NCBI GenBank assembly: GCA_023267535.1
Contig: JAHFNC010000004.1
Location: forward strand, 3,757 to 67,756
Source of the DNA: a bacterium
Lineage (GTDB): Bacteria > Patescibacteriota > Minisyncoccia > Phycocordibacterales > UBA5272
Direction of reading: 5' to 3'
DNA: 64,000 bases
Shown: positions 36,267 to 46,358 of the stretch, piece by piece
How positions within the stretch are numbered: the stretch's first letter is position 1
Layout: every line of letters starts with the position of its first letter
Position numbers and translations under genes: made by a program
Notes under the pieces: generated by a model
What the model was told of the DNA's origin: nothing
Seen by the model: only the letters and a program-made list of their open reading frames with translations
The model's database searches: none

Positions 36267-37352
36267 ATGACAAAGAACTATTACGATGTTTTAGGAATCG
36301 AAAAATCAGCTTCAAAAGATGAAATTAAGAAGGCTTTTTATAAGCTAGCTTCAAAATATCACCCTGATAAAAAAGGAGGAGACGAGGCTAAATTCAAAGA
36401 AGTAAACGAAGCCTATCAAATTTTATCCGATGAAAAGAAGAGGAAAGAATACGATACCTATGGACAAACATTTTCTGGCTCTGGAGCAAGAGCGGGGGGA
36501 TTTGGTTTTGAGGGATTTGACGCTTCTGACTTTTCAAATATGCAATTTGATTTTGGAGACTTAGGAGATATCTTTGGTGATATGTTCGGAATGGGTGGAT
36601 CACCATTTGGTGGGCCTCGTCAAAAAAGAGGGCGCGATATTTCTCTTGAGGTAGACATTTCTTTTTCCGAATCAATTTTTGGAACACAAAGAGATGTGCT
36701 GATAAGCAAAGTTGGACAATGTAAAACCTGCAAAGGAACAGGGGCAAAACACGGAACCGAAACAACAACTTGTGAGATTTGTAACGGTAAAGGAAAAGTT
36801 CACGACACTAAGAAAACTTTTATGGGAACATTCCAAACTGTAAAGACTTGCAGTAACTGTAATGGTAAAGGAAAAGTTGCCAAAGAGAAATGTCACGATT
36901 GTCGTGGAGCTGGAGTTCATACTATGAAAGAAGATATTCACATAGAAGTGCCGGCTGGAATATCAAACGGAGAAATGATTAGATTGTCACAAATGGGAGA
37001 AGCTATCTCAGGAGGACTGTCTGGTGATTTATATGTCAGAGTGAATGTCGCGTCTCATAAAGAATGGAAAAGGGAGGGAGCTGATTTAATTATTAAGCAT
37101 AGTATTAAATTAACTGATGCTTTACTTGGAGCAAAGCACACGATACACGGATTAGATGGCGACATAAATATAGAAATTGCACCTGGCGCTTCCGCTGGAG
37201 AAATTTTACGAGTAAGGGGACGAGGCGTTCCTTCTGTTCACGATAAAATAAAAAGAGGAGACGCTCTTGTAAAACTAGACATCATTATGCCAAAGAAGTT
37301 AACCAAAAAAGCGATGAAGTTAGTGGAGGAAATGAAAGAGGAGGGGCTATAA
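36267..37352 (+). CDS. dnaJ: chaperone DnaJ
   Basis: J domain 'KYHPDKK', G/F region and four CxxCxGxG repeats. Confidence 0.97.
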   Translation: MTKNYYDVLGIEKSASKDEIKKAFYKLASKYHPDKKGGDEAKFKEVNEAYQILSDEKKRKEYDTYGQTFSGSGARAGGFGFEGFDASDFSNMQFDFGDLGDIFGDMFGMGGSPFGGPRQKRGRDISLEVDISFSESIFGTQRDVLISKVGQCKTCKGTGAKHGTETTTCEICNGKGKVHDTKKTFMGTFQTVKTCSNCNGKGKVAKEKCHDCRGAGVHTMKEDIHIEVPAGISNGEMIRLSQMGEAISGGLSGDLYVRVNVASHKEWKREGADLIIKHSIKLTDALLGAKHTIHGLDGDINIEIAPGASAGEILRVRGRGVPSVHDKIKRGDALVKLDIIMPKKLTKKAMKLVEEMKEEGL

Positions 37353-37418
37353 AACAAAAAAGTACACGACCTTTATGTGCTTTAGTTTTTCTGTTTATTA
37401 AGTTACAATATTCATATT

Positions 37419-38420
37419 ATGTCTAATTCATCTAATAAAAAAGTTCTAGTTTCTGGTATAAAACCAACTGGCCGACTTCACTTCGGAAATTATTTTGGAG
37501 CAATGAAGCAGAATATAGAACTTGGAAATAGTGGTGAATACGAAAGCTATGTATTCATTGCTGACTATCATGCTTTAACAACAGTTAAAAATGGTGATGA
37601 ATTGAGAAAACAAACTATTGAGGCGGTGGCCTCATATCTTGCTTGTGGTCTTGATACAACTAAAGTTATTTTATTTAAGCAATCAGATGTCAGAGAAGTG
37701 ACCGAACTTACTTGGATATTTAATAACTTGGTAACGGTTCCTTACATGATGAGAGCTCACGCTTTCAAAGACCAAGAAGCTAGAAGTAAAGATGTTAATG
37801 TTGGATTATTTGATTATCCAGTTCTAATGGCATCAGATATTTTAATTTATGATGCTGATATTGTGCCGGTTGGAGCGGACCAAAAGCAACATATTGAATA
37901 CGCTCGTGACATCGCTGGGTATTATAACCGTGCCTATAACATTGAAGAATTTAAATTACCAAAAGAATTAATAATGGCCGGAGTAGAAAATGTTCCTGGT
38001 ATTGATGGACAAAAAATGAGTAAGAGTTATAACAATCATATTGAACTTTTTTGCTCTGATGATGAATTAAAAAAGAGAGTTATGAGTATTGTTACAGATA
38101 GCGCCACACCTGAAGACAAAAAGAATCCCGATGAAAATAATATTTACAAAATTCATAAACTTTTTTTGAATAAAGAAGCAGATGAGGTGTTGCGTTCTAA
38201 ATTTTCAAATGGCGGATACAGTTACAAGGAAGCTAAAGAAGAATTACTAGCAACAATAATGAAATGGAGAGAAGGGAAGCTAGAAAAATATAATCACCTT
38301 GTGGATAACTTTTCAGAATTAAATTCACTACTTGAGAAGAATGGAGGGGTTGCTTGCGAAAAAGCAAAAATTAAAATGGAGAAAATTAGAAAAACAGTAG
38401 GATTAACAAATACTTTTTAG
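37419..38420 (+). CDS. trpS: tryptophan--tRNA ligase
   Basis: HIGH-type 'TGRLHFGNYFG', 'GADQKQH' and 'KMSKS'. Confidence 0.93.
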   Translation: MSNSSNKKVLVSGIKPTGRLHFGNYFGAMKQNIELGNSGEYESYVFIADYHALTTVKNGDELRKQTIEAVASYLACGLDTTKVILFKQSDVREVTELTWIFNNLVTVPYMMRAHAFKDQEARSKDVNVGLFDYPVLMASDILIYDADIVPVGADQKQHIEYARDIAGYYNRAYNIEEFKLPKELIMAGVENVPGIDGQKMSKSYNNHIELFCSDDELKKRVMSIVTDSATPEDKKNPDENNIYKIHKLFLNKEADEVLRSKFSNGGYSYKEAKEELLATIMKWREGKLEKYNHLVDNFSELNSLLEKNGGVACEKAKIKMEKIRKTVGLTNTF

Positions 38421-38447
38421 TAAAATAAATTAAAACGAATTTGAAAT

Positions 38448-38476
38448 AAAACAAGACAAGAGATGTCTTGTTTTTT
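38448..38476 (+). terminator. Rho-independent terminator
   Basis: AACAAGAC-7 nt-GTCTTGTT followed by a T-run. Confidence 0.7.
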
Positions 38477-38552
38477 CTTTTTGTCAAAATTGTGATTATA
38501 ATTTTTTTGTAATAGACTTTTAACAGCAGTTGATCTTTTGTGGAGATGTTAA

Positions 38553-38810
38553 ATGAATGAACTTCAAAAAAATGGAAATCGTTTACCTTCTTGTGCCGGA
38601 GTCTTTCTAGCCAAGGACCAAAACGGAAATACTTTCGAATTGGAAGTTGTCTGGAGACCAAACGGTATCCCGAAACAAAAAGGTCTCTTCGTTCTCTTTC
38701 CAGGGAAAACCAGTAACGACGACCAATTTGTTCCAGTCACTGGTACTGAGTATGACTTCCTGGCAAAAATAGGAGACATAAGAACGGATTACTTTGAAGC
38801 TTACGGTTGA
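38553..38810 (+). CDS. hypothetical protein (85 aa)
   Basis: ORF with its own terminator. Confidence 0.4.
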   Translation: MNELQKNGNRLPSCAGVFLAKDQNGNTFELEVVWRPNGIPKQKGLFVLFPGKTSNDDQFVPVTGTEYDFLAKIGDIRTDYFEAYG

Positions 38811-38811
38811 G

Positions 38812-38848
38812 GCGCGAAAGCAGGTTACAAACTTGCTTTCGCGCTTTT
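38812..38848 (+). terminator. Rho-independent terminator
   Basis: GCGCGAAAGCA-11 nt-TGCTTTCGCGC followed by T4. Confidence 0.75.
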
Positions 38849-38884
38849 CTTTTTAATTAAATCAAAATTTGGTAGTATATATAA

Positions 38885-40291
38885 ATGCGAATTTATATAA
38901 AAGATTTAAATAAATATATTGGACAAGAGGTCAAGATATCGGCTTGGGTTGATGTTAGACGAGATCAAGGAAAAATGATTTTCGTCGATTTAAGAGACTC
39001 AACTGGTAAAGTTCAAGGTGTGATTCTTCCGTCACACGAAAAAGCCCTTCTGGTTGGCGAAAAAATACGTACAGAGTGGGTTTTAAACGTAACTGGTCAA
39101 GTAAACCAAAGACCAGAAAAAAACAGGAAATCAGAGGTTTTAAACGGAGATATCGAACTTGAAATTTTAGACATTGAAATTCTAAACGAGGCCGATACTC
39201 CAGCTTTTGATATTTCCACCGATGGTTATGAAGTAAATGAAGATGCTCGTTTTAGAAAGAAGTATCTTGATAATCGCCGTGCTCGTATACAAAGAAATAT
39301 TACAATGCGTCACAAGGTAAATTTATTTATTCGTGAATATTTAGACAAGGAAAACTTTTTAGAAATAGAAACACCGCTTTTAACTAATCCAACACCCGAA
39401 GGATCAAGAAGCTATATTGTTCCATCAAGAATTTATCCTGGCGAATTTTATGCACTTCCACAGTCGCCACAACAATACAAACAACTTTTAATGTCTTCTG
39501 GTTTTGATAGATATTTCCAAATTGCCAGATGTATGCGCGACGAAGACACGAGAGGTGATAGACAACCAGAATTTACTCAAATGGACATGGAGATGAGTTT
39601 TGTGACTCGTGAAGATGTTATGAAAGTAAACGAAGACCTTCTTATAAAATTAGTTACCGAATTATTCCCAGAGAAAAAAATTCAAACTGTGCCATTTCCA
39701 GTTTTCTCATACAAAGAGGTAATGGAAAAATACGGTACTGATAAGCCAGACTTGAGAGAAGATAAAGAAGATAAAAATTTATTAGCTTTCTGTTGGGTTA
39801 TTGATTTCCCAGCATTTGAAAGAACGGGGGAAGATAATGTTGACGGAACAGGAGAGTGGACATTCACTCATAATCCATTCACTGGTGTAAAAGATGATTT
39901 TATTTCTGATTTGAGAGAAAAGAAAAATATTGAAAATATTATTTCTACACAATACGACATTGCAATGAATGGTTATGAAATTGGTGGTGGAGGAATCAGG
40001 TTACACAAAGCGGAAGATTTAAAAAAAGTTTTTGAAATAATGGGGTATAGCGACGAAAGAATAGAGACAAATTTCGGACAAATGCTTATGGCCTTCAATG
40101 AAGGAACTCCACCGCACGGAGGTATTGCTTGGGGATTAGACAGATTACTGATGATATTACTTAATGAACCAAACATCCGTGAAGTTATGGCCTTTCCAAA
40201 AACAGGAGAGGGTAAAGACTTATTAATGCAAGCACCGTCAAAACCAGCAGATAAGGTGTTAAAGGAATTGAAGATTAGTATTAATAAATAA
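38885..40291 (+). CDS. aspS: aspartate--tRNA ligase, short bacterial-type form lacking the GAD insertion
   Basis: OB-fold N-terminus and class II motifs 'FQIARCMRDEDTRGDRQPEFTQMDMEMSF' and 'GGGGIRLH'. 468 aa. Confidence 0.93.
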   Translation: MRIYIKDLNKYIGQEVKISAWVDVRRDQGKMIFVDLRDSTGKVQGVILPSHEKALLVGEKIRTEWVLNVTGQVNQRPEKNRKSEVLNGDIELEILDIEILNEADTPAFDISTDGYEVNEDARFRKKYLDNRRARIQRNITMRHKVNLFIREYLDKENFLEIETPLLTNPTPEGSRSYIVPSRIYPGEFYALPQSPQQYKQLLMSSGFDRYFQIARCMRDEDTRGDRQPEFTQMDMEMSFVTREDVMKVNEDLLIKLVTELFPEKKIQTVPFPVFSYKEVMEKYGTDKPDLREDKEDKNLLAFCWVIDFPAFERTGEDNVDGTGEWTFTHNPFTGVKDDFISDLREKKNIENIISTQYDIAMNGYEIGGGGIRLHKAEDLKKVFEIMGYSDERIETNFGQMLMAFNEGTPPHGGIAWGLDRLLMILLNEPNIREVMAFPKTGEGKDLLMQAPSKPADKVLKELKISINK

Positions 40292-40304
40292 AAGTTAACA
40301 AACA

Positions 40305-40341
40305 AAAATAGCGTGACGCAATGCGTAACGCTATTATTTTT
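40305..40341. terminator. bidirectional terminator hairpin
   Basis: AATAGCGT...ACGCTATT with inner ACGC-aat-GCGT, flanked by an A-run and a T-run. Confidence 0.6.
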
Positions 40342-40352
40342 GTGAGCGATGA

Positions 40353-40565
40353 CTAAGAATCAAAATCTATTTCATCGCCACAATCCAATACTGGAATTCC
40401 GAAGTTGCAATCGCCACAAAGGGGCTCATTGCTTTCTGACCTGTAATTCATTTCTCTGTCGATGATGTCTAGCGGTTTACCACATCTTGAACATTTTACC
40501 GCTTTTGATAGGGAAAAGATTGGTTGTTGTGTTGTCTTTTTGAATGAAGATGCGCCAAGACCCAT
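40353..40565 (-). CDS. small zinc-ribbon protein (70 aa)
   Basis: 'CSRCGKPLD...CGDCNFG'. Confidence 0.4.
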   Translation of the reverse strand: MGLGASSFKKTTQQPIFSLSKAVKCSRCGKPLDIIDREMNYRSESNEPLCGDCNFGIPVLDCGDEIDFDS

Positions 40566-40673
40566 GATTACCCCCTATGTGACTTATTTGACTACTAAGA
40601 ACAATTTCTGTCAATATTATATACCTTTCCATTTAATTTGTCATCATTAAATTTATGTTAAAATATATATATT

Positions 40674-41801
40674 ATGTTTCGTAAAAATTTATTACTTCTA
40701 ACATTTTTAATATCAATGTTTAGTTTCGCTTCCGCGGCAACTTTTGATAAAGCAATATGGATTCCTTATTGGGGAAAAACAGGTGGGGCGTCATCTACTC
40801 TTCCTAATTTATCTTCAATTACTCAAATCAGTCCTTTTTCTTTCGAATTACAAACTGATGGAACATTAAAAAATGCTTTAAAAATAGAGGAGGCTCCTTG
40901 GCCTGATTTAATCGCTCAAGCAAAAAAGAAAGGAATAAAAATTTATCCAAGTATTTTATCTTATCCACATAACGATAAAGAAAAACAAATTCAATATTTA
41001 CTACTTGCTCAAAAAGCAAAACGTATCGCTCACGAAAAAGCAATTGTTGCTTTAGTTAAAAAATATAAGTTCGATGGAATAGACATAGACTACGAAGCAA
41101 AGATTGCTGAAACTAAACCATATTTCTCGGCCTTCTTAACAGAACTAGGAAAATTACTTCACGCCAGTAATAAAAAATTAATTTGCACCGTGGAAGCTAG
41201 AACTCCGCCGGAAAGTAGATATGCCACAACTTCCACTCAAGTATTATCAAAAGTGGAATACGCAAATGACTACAAAGTGATTGGAAAGGTTTGTGACCAA
41301 GTTCGCATTATGACTTATGACCAATTAAATGATGACGCTTCACTTGTGCAAGATAACTCTGCTTATCTTTATAGACCAGTATCTGATATAACTTGGGTTA
41401 AAAAAGTTTTAACTTTAGCATTAGAAGATATACCTGCTAAGAAAATACTAGTCGGTGTTGCAACTTATGGTTATAAGTATGAAATAATTTCTGGAACAGC
41501 CACTAGCACTAGATATATTCGTATTGGTTCTATGAATTTTATTTATGCTGATCAATTAGCAAAATCAATCGGAATAACTCCAACCAGAAATACAGCCGGG
41601 GAATTATCTTTTAATTATGCCACGACAACTGATTACTCTGGACAATCTTTGGGTGGTTGGAAACAGTACATGGTTTGGTATTCAGACGCTCAAGCCATTG
41701 CTGATAAAATAAAAATCGCAAAATTATATAAATTGGGAGGGGTGGCTATATTTAAAATAGACGGCTCGCAAGATGAAAATATTTGGAAAGTAATAAAATA
41801 G
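40674..41801 (+). CDS. secreted glycoside hydrolase family 18 (chitinase-like) protein
   Basis: Signal peptide and the catalytic 'FDGIDIDYE' (DxxDxDxE). Confidence 0.85.
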   Translation: MFRKNLLLLTFLISMFSFASAATFDKAIWIPYWGKTGGASSTLPNLSSITQISPFSFELQTDGTLKNALKIEEAPWPDLIAQAKKKGIKIYPSILSYPHNDKEKQIQYLLLAQKAKRIAHEKAIVALVKKYKFDGIDIDYEAKIAETKPYFSAFLTELGKLLHASNKKLICTVEARTPPESRYATTSTQVLSKVEYANDYKVIGKVCDQVRIMTYDQLNDDASLVQDNSAYLYRPVSDITWVKKVLTLALEDIPAKKILVGVATYGYKYEIISGTATSTRYIRIGSMNFIYADQLAKSIGITPTRNTAGELSFNYATTTDYSGQSLGGWKQYMVWYSDAQAIADKIKIAKLYKLGGVAIFKIDGSQDENIWKVIK

Positions 41802-41855
41802 CCTTCTTATAACTGTGAATAATAATATCTTTTAAAGGTGTTAAAATAAGAATAC

Positions 41856-42701
41856 ATGGAATTTACTGTAAAATTGGATCGCTTTGAAGGTCCATATACA
41901 AAACTGCTTGAGCTAATAGAAGCAAAAAAATTATCTATAACTGAAATCAGTTTGGTTTCTGTGGCTGATGATTATATTAACTATATAAAAGCAATCGAAA
42001 ATGAGAGCTTAAATGTTTTTGATGTCTCTCAGTTTATTGTGGTGGCTTCGACTTTGATTTTAATGAAAGCAAAATCACTTTTACCGAATATAAGCTACAC
42101 CGAAGATGAAGAAAAAGAAATTCATACCTTAGAAGAAAAATTAGAACTTTTCTCAATATTAAAAAGAGCTTCAAAAAATGTTGCCGGCATTTTTATGAAA
42201 ACTCCAATGTACGGAAGAGAAAGAATAAAATATAAAGGAAAGCCAGTTTTTGTTCCTGATAATCACATTACAGTAAATAATTTAAAATCTATCGCTATTC
42301 TCACTATTGCTTCCTTTAAGCCAAGAGAACAACTGAAAGAAATAGTAGTTAAACAAAAAGTCCGTATAGAAGAAGTTATAGAAAACCTTATGAAGAGAAT
42401 AGAGGAAGCCAAGGACTCTTCTTTCTTAAAAATAATTCACGGTGTCACACATTCCTTTGAAGATAAAAAGAAAATGCTAATAGTTAATTTTTTGGCATTA
42501 CTTGAACTTATTAGGACTGGTCAGGTTGATGCTAATCAAGATGAAAAAACTAATGACATAACATTAGACATAAATAATAAAAGTCTAGAAGCAAAAACAA
42601 TTGATGATTCTTTAGAAGAATTACTGAAACCTACCGAAACGCCAACAGTTACTCCGGTGATTCCAGTGATTAATGACGACCCTAATAATATGATAAAATA
42701 A
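41856..42701 (+). CDS. scpA: segregation and condensation protein A
   Basis: 'FEGPYTKLLELIEAKKLSITEISLVSVADDY'. Confidence 0.9.
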   Translation: MEFTVKLDRFEGPYTKLLELIEAKKLSITEISLVSVADDYINYIKAIENESLNVFDVSQFIVVASTLILMKAKSLLPNISYTEDEEKEIHTLEEKLELFSILKRASKNVAGIFMKTPMYGRERIKYKGKPVFVPDNHITVNNLKSIAILTIASFKPREQLKEIVVKQKVRIEEVIENLMKRIEEAKDSSFLKIIHGVTHSFEDKKKMLIVNFLALLELIRTGQVDANQDEKTNDITLDINNKSLEAKTIDDSLEELLKPTETPTVTPVIPVINDDPNNMIK

Positions 42702-42705
42702 AAAT

Positions 42706-43218
42706 ATGTTACAAAAATTAATGACAATCTTGTTTCTATCTGGAGACGAAATATCGATTGATAATCTTGCTAAGCTTTGCGAAGTATCTGTTGTAGATAT
42801 GGAATCAGCTTTTTCTGAGTTGAAAATGTATTTAAATGAAGGAGGTCTTGATTTATTGATTAACAAAGGAATGGTTTCAATCGCCACCAAAGCAGAACAG
42901 GCAAAAATTGTTCAAAATTTCTGGGTAGGGGAATTAAGTGGCGAATTAAGTCCTGCCACACTTCAAGTTTTAACATTAGTTGCTTACTTAGGATCACCAA
43001 CTCAAAAAGATATATCTTTTATTCGCGGGGTCCAATCATCTCAATCTATCAGAACACTTTCTGTACGTGGAATGGTTACAAAGCAAGGAGAAATATGTAC
43101 AATAACAACTGACGCTTTAAAATATCTTGGCGTTACTAGAATAGAAGACTTGCCAGATTTTGCAAACATAAACAAGGATTTAAAGCAGAAACTAGAATTA
43201 CTTTATAAGGAACAGTAA
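42706..43218 (+). CDS. scpB: segregation and condensation protein B
   Basis: 'ILFLSGDEISIDNLAKL' and tandem wHTH. Confidence 0.88.
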   Translation: MLQKLMTILFLSGDEISIDNLAKLCEVSVVDMESAFSELKMYLNEGGLDLLINKGMVSIATKAEQAKIVQNFWVGELSGELSPATLQVLTLVAYLGSPTQKDISFIRGVQSSQSIRTLSVRGMVTKQGEICTITTDALKYLGVTRIEDLPDFANINKDLKQKLELLYKEQ

Positions 43219-44153
43219 TGATTAAGCATTTCAAAAAAGATTTTGTATCAAATGTTTTGGTTTATATTTTAGCGACTATTTTTATATTAAGTCTTTCTTC
43301 TTTATCAAATAATTTTCAGAATGAGAAAGATTGGCTTAAGAAAAATAAACAAAAACTAAATCAAGATACTTTAAATTATAATACTACTCCATTTCAAAAT
43401 TTAGAAATAAAGGCGAAGGCCTTTGTTGTTTATGATTTAGTAGAAAATAAAGTTATTTTTGGTAAAAATGAAAAAAGAACTTTACCTTTGGCAAGTATTA
43501 CAAAAATAATGACCGCCTTAACGGCCTTAGCTAATGAAGATAAAGAAAAGCTCATAACCATAGGAAAAATAAATCCTGACGGAAGTTACGATTTGGGTCT
43601 TAAAAAAAATCAGATTTGGAAATTAGATGAACTCATTAAATACACACTTCTATTTTCTTCAAATGACGGAGCTCAGGTAATTGCAAATAATGATATTGGA
43701 GGATCTGATGAGTTTATAAAAAAAATGAACACCAAAGCAAAAGCTTTAGATTTAAACATGTACTTCACTCATCCGGCTGGTCTTGATTTAAATAATCAAA
43801 TTGGCGGACTTGGAAACGCCGTAGATGTTGCAAAATTAATGGGTTACGCGGTAAATGATTTTCCAGATATTTTAGAAACAACAACAAAGGCAAGAAATTC
43901 AGTAATTGCAAATAAAGAAATAATAAGAGGTATCCCCAACACAAATCAATCAGTAGACCAATTTGCTGGCATAGAAGCATCAAAAACTGGCTACACAGAC
44001 AGTGCTGGAGGAAACTTAGCCCTAGTCGTAGACGTCAGTTTGGGACGCCCTGTGGCTATTGTTGTTTTAGGTTCAACAAAAAACGAAAGATTTACTGATG
44101 CTGTAAAACTTTATAATGCTTTGAAAGAAAGCTTGATAGGGTCAGTAAAATAG
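43218..44153 (+). CDS. D-alanyl-D-alanine carboxypeptidase (S11, PBP5-like)
   Basis: SxxK 'ASITKIM', SxN 'SSND' and KTG 'KTGYT'. Confidence 0.88.
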   Translation: MIKHFKKDFVSNVLVYILATIFILSLSSLSNNFQNEKDWLKKNKQKLNQDTLNYNTTPFQNLEIKAKAFVVYDLVENKVIFGKNEKRTLPLASITKIMTALTALANEDKEKLITIGKINPDGSYDLGLKKNQIWKLDELIKYTLLFSSNDGAQVIANNDIGGSDEFIKKMNTKAKALDLNMYFTHPAGLDLNNQIGGLGNAVDVAKLMGYAVNDFPDILETTTKARNSVIANKEIIRGIPNTNQSVDQFAGIEASKTGYTDSAGGNLALVVDVSLGRPVAIVVLGSTKNERFTDAVKLYNALKESLIGSVK

Positions 44154-44191
44154 CTGACATTTAGGAAATTTTCGTGTTATAATAAACACGT

Positions 44192-45262
44192 ATGTTTCTG
44201 TCTATTGACCCCCTAAAAGTCCTTCTTCCTGCTGTTGTTTCTTTCATCATTGGTGTATTGATTGCTCCAACAATTGCTAAATTTTTGGTTAAAAACAAAC
44301 TTTGGAAAAAGAAAAATGTATCAAAAACTATTGATGGAAAAGAGGCTACTATAACGGCCTCTCTTCATAATGATGTTGGAAATCCGATACCAAGAATGGG
44401 TGGAATCGTTGTTTGGGCTTCTGTTTTTATAACTACCCTCATCTTTTGGATTTTTGCGCACATTCATCCAACAGATTTATCTGAGAAACTTTACTTCATT
44501 TCTAGAAATCAAACATGGCTTCCTCTTGCTGCAATGTTAGTTGGTGCTATCGTTGGAGCAATAGATGATTTACTGGTAGTGGAGTGTTTTAATAAATCTG
44601 GTACATATATTGGTGGTGGATTATCTTTTCCAGTAAGATTTTTATCTGTATCACTACTTGGATTATTTGCTGGTTGGTGGTTTTATGCAAAACTAGAAGT
44701 AGACACTGTTCACATTCCATTTAATGGCGATATTCATTTGGGTGGAATTTTATTTATTTTATTTTTCATCTTGGTAACATTGGCCACATTTTCAACTGGA
44801 GTTATAGATGGAGTAGACGGACTCTCTGGTGGCGTCTTGTCATCAGTTTTTGCAGCTTATGGAATGATTGCGTTTGCTCATGGTCAAATTAACATTGCTG
44901 CTTTTTGTTTCGTAGTGGTTGGAGCAATACTTGCTTTTTTGTGGTTTAATATACCGCCAGCTTTATTTTATCTCTCAGAAACGGGAATGCTGGCCTTATC
45001 TTTAACGCTTTCTGTCATAGCTTTCTTAACTAATGCTGTTTTATATCTTTTAATAATTGCTTTACCACTTGTAGTAACAACCGTCTCTGTCATACTTCAG
45101 TTATTCTGGAAAAAGGTCTTTAAAAGAAAATTATTTTTAGTAGCACCACTTCATAATCATTTCCAAGCTAAAGGTTGGCCAGCATACAAAGTATCTATGC
45201 GTTACTGGCTTGTTTCTTATATATGTGCAATTTTTGGAGTCATAATTACTCTAATAAGTTAG
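44192..45262 (+). CDS. mraY: phospho-N-acetylmuramoyl-pentapeptide transferase
   Basis: 10-TM profile, 'PRMGG', 'GAIDDLL' and 'APLHNHF'. Confidence 0.92.
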   Translation: MFLSIDPLKVLLPAVVSFIIGVLIAPTIAKFLVKNKLWKKKNVSKTIDGKEATITASLHNDVGNPIPRMGGIVVWASVFITTLIFWIFAHIHPTDLSEKLYFISRNQTWLPLAAMLVGAIVGAIDDLLVVECFNKSGTYIGGGLSFPVRFLSVSLLGLFAGWWFYAKLEVDTVHIPFNGDIHLGGILFILFFILVTLATFSTGVIDGVDGLSGGVLSSVFAAYGMIAFAHGQINIAAFCFVVVGAILAFLWFNIPPALFYLSETGMLALSLTLSVIAFLTNAVLYLLIIALPLVVTTVSVILQLFWKKVFKRKLFLVAPLHNHFQAKGWPAYKVSMRYWLVSYICAIFGVIITLIS

Positions 45263-45263
45263 T

Positions 45264-46358
45264 ATGTTTTCTAAAATAGATAAAATATTACTTGTAACCA
45301 CAATCGTCACGCTATTTTTTGGATTAATTATTTTCGGCTCAGCTGCCTTAGGGGTGCTTGCAATAAATGAAGCGAAATTTTATTCGGTTATAAAGAGTCA
45401 ATTAATCTTTGCTTTAGTGATTGGAATAATTGCACTTTTTATTGGTGCCAGTATCCCTTATTCTTTTTACAAAAAATACGCCTACTATATTTTTATAGGA
45501 GCACTTATTTTTACTGCGCTTGTTTTTATTCCAAAGCTATCACAGTATCACGGTGGAGCTAGACGTTGGATAGATTTAGGAAGTATATCTATCCAACCGA
45601 GTGAATCACTGAAATTAGCTTTTACCATTTTCATGGCTTTTTGGTGTGTTAGATACAGAAATAAATTTAGAGATTGGAAATTTGGGTTACTTCCATATTT
45701 TGTTGGATTGGGACTTGTTTCCGTTGTTATGGTACTTCAAAAAGATTTTGGAACATTAGCTGTGATATTAATGTCATCATTTGCTGTCTTTTTTACAGGA
45801 GGAGCACGGCTGAAACACATTTTGATTATGATTGTTATCAGTGTCTTAGGTTTTTCCGCATTACTTTATGTAAGACCTTATATGATGGAAAGAATTAAAA
45901 CTTTTATAAACCCAAGCTATGATGACAGGGGAGCTTCGTGGCAATCAAATCAATCATTAATTGCTATTGGAGCCGGAGGACTGTTTGGTAGGGGACTTGG
46001 TCAGAGCATACAAAAGTTTACATATTTACCAGAACCAATAGGGGACTCAGTTTTTGCTGTCTTGGGAGAGGAATTAGGCTTGGCAGGTATAATAATAATT
46101 TTTATTCTTTATGGTATATTAGGATTTAGGGGGTATTTTATATCATTTAATTCAGAAGACTTTTTTGGTCTGCTTTTAGGTGTAGGAATAACAACTATAA
46201 TTTTATCTCAGGCATTGGTCAATATTTCGGCAATGCTTGGAGTTATACCTCTAACAGGAATTCCGCTTCCTTTTGTGTCTCACGGTGGAACAGCATTGGT
46301 CGCGTCACTTTTTGAAATTGGTATACTTTTAAATATTTCTAAAAAACAAAATATATGA
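45264..46358 (+). CDS. ftsW: SEDS peptidoglycan glycosyltransferase FtsW/RodA
   Basis: 'SIQPSE..K', 'QKDFGT' and 'IPLPFVSHGG'. Confidence 0.9.
   Translation: MFSKIDKILLVTTIVTLFFGLIIFGSAALGVLAINEAKFYSVIKSQLIFALVIGIIALFIGASIPYSFYKKYAYYIFIGALIFTALVFIPKLSQYHGGARRWIDLGSISIQPSESLKLAFTIFMAFWCVRYRNKFRDWKFGLLPYFVGLGLVSVVMVLQKDFGTLAVILMSSFAVFFTGGARLKHILIMIVISVLGFSALLYVRPYMMERIKTFINPSYDDRGASWQSNQSLIAIGAGGLFGRGLGQSIQKFTYLPEPIGDSVFAVLGEELGLAGIIIIFILYGILGFRGYFISFNSEDFFGLLLGVGITTIILSQALVNISAMLGVIPLTGIPLPFVSHGGTALVASLFEIGILLNISKKQNI

Noticed and set aside
37353-37418. T-box or other leader riboswitches upstream of trpS, aspS, alaS and gltX.
   Set aside because: The leaders are under about 75 nt (gltX has none), too short for a T-box. 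No specifier or antiterminator architecture is visible.
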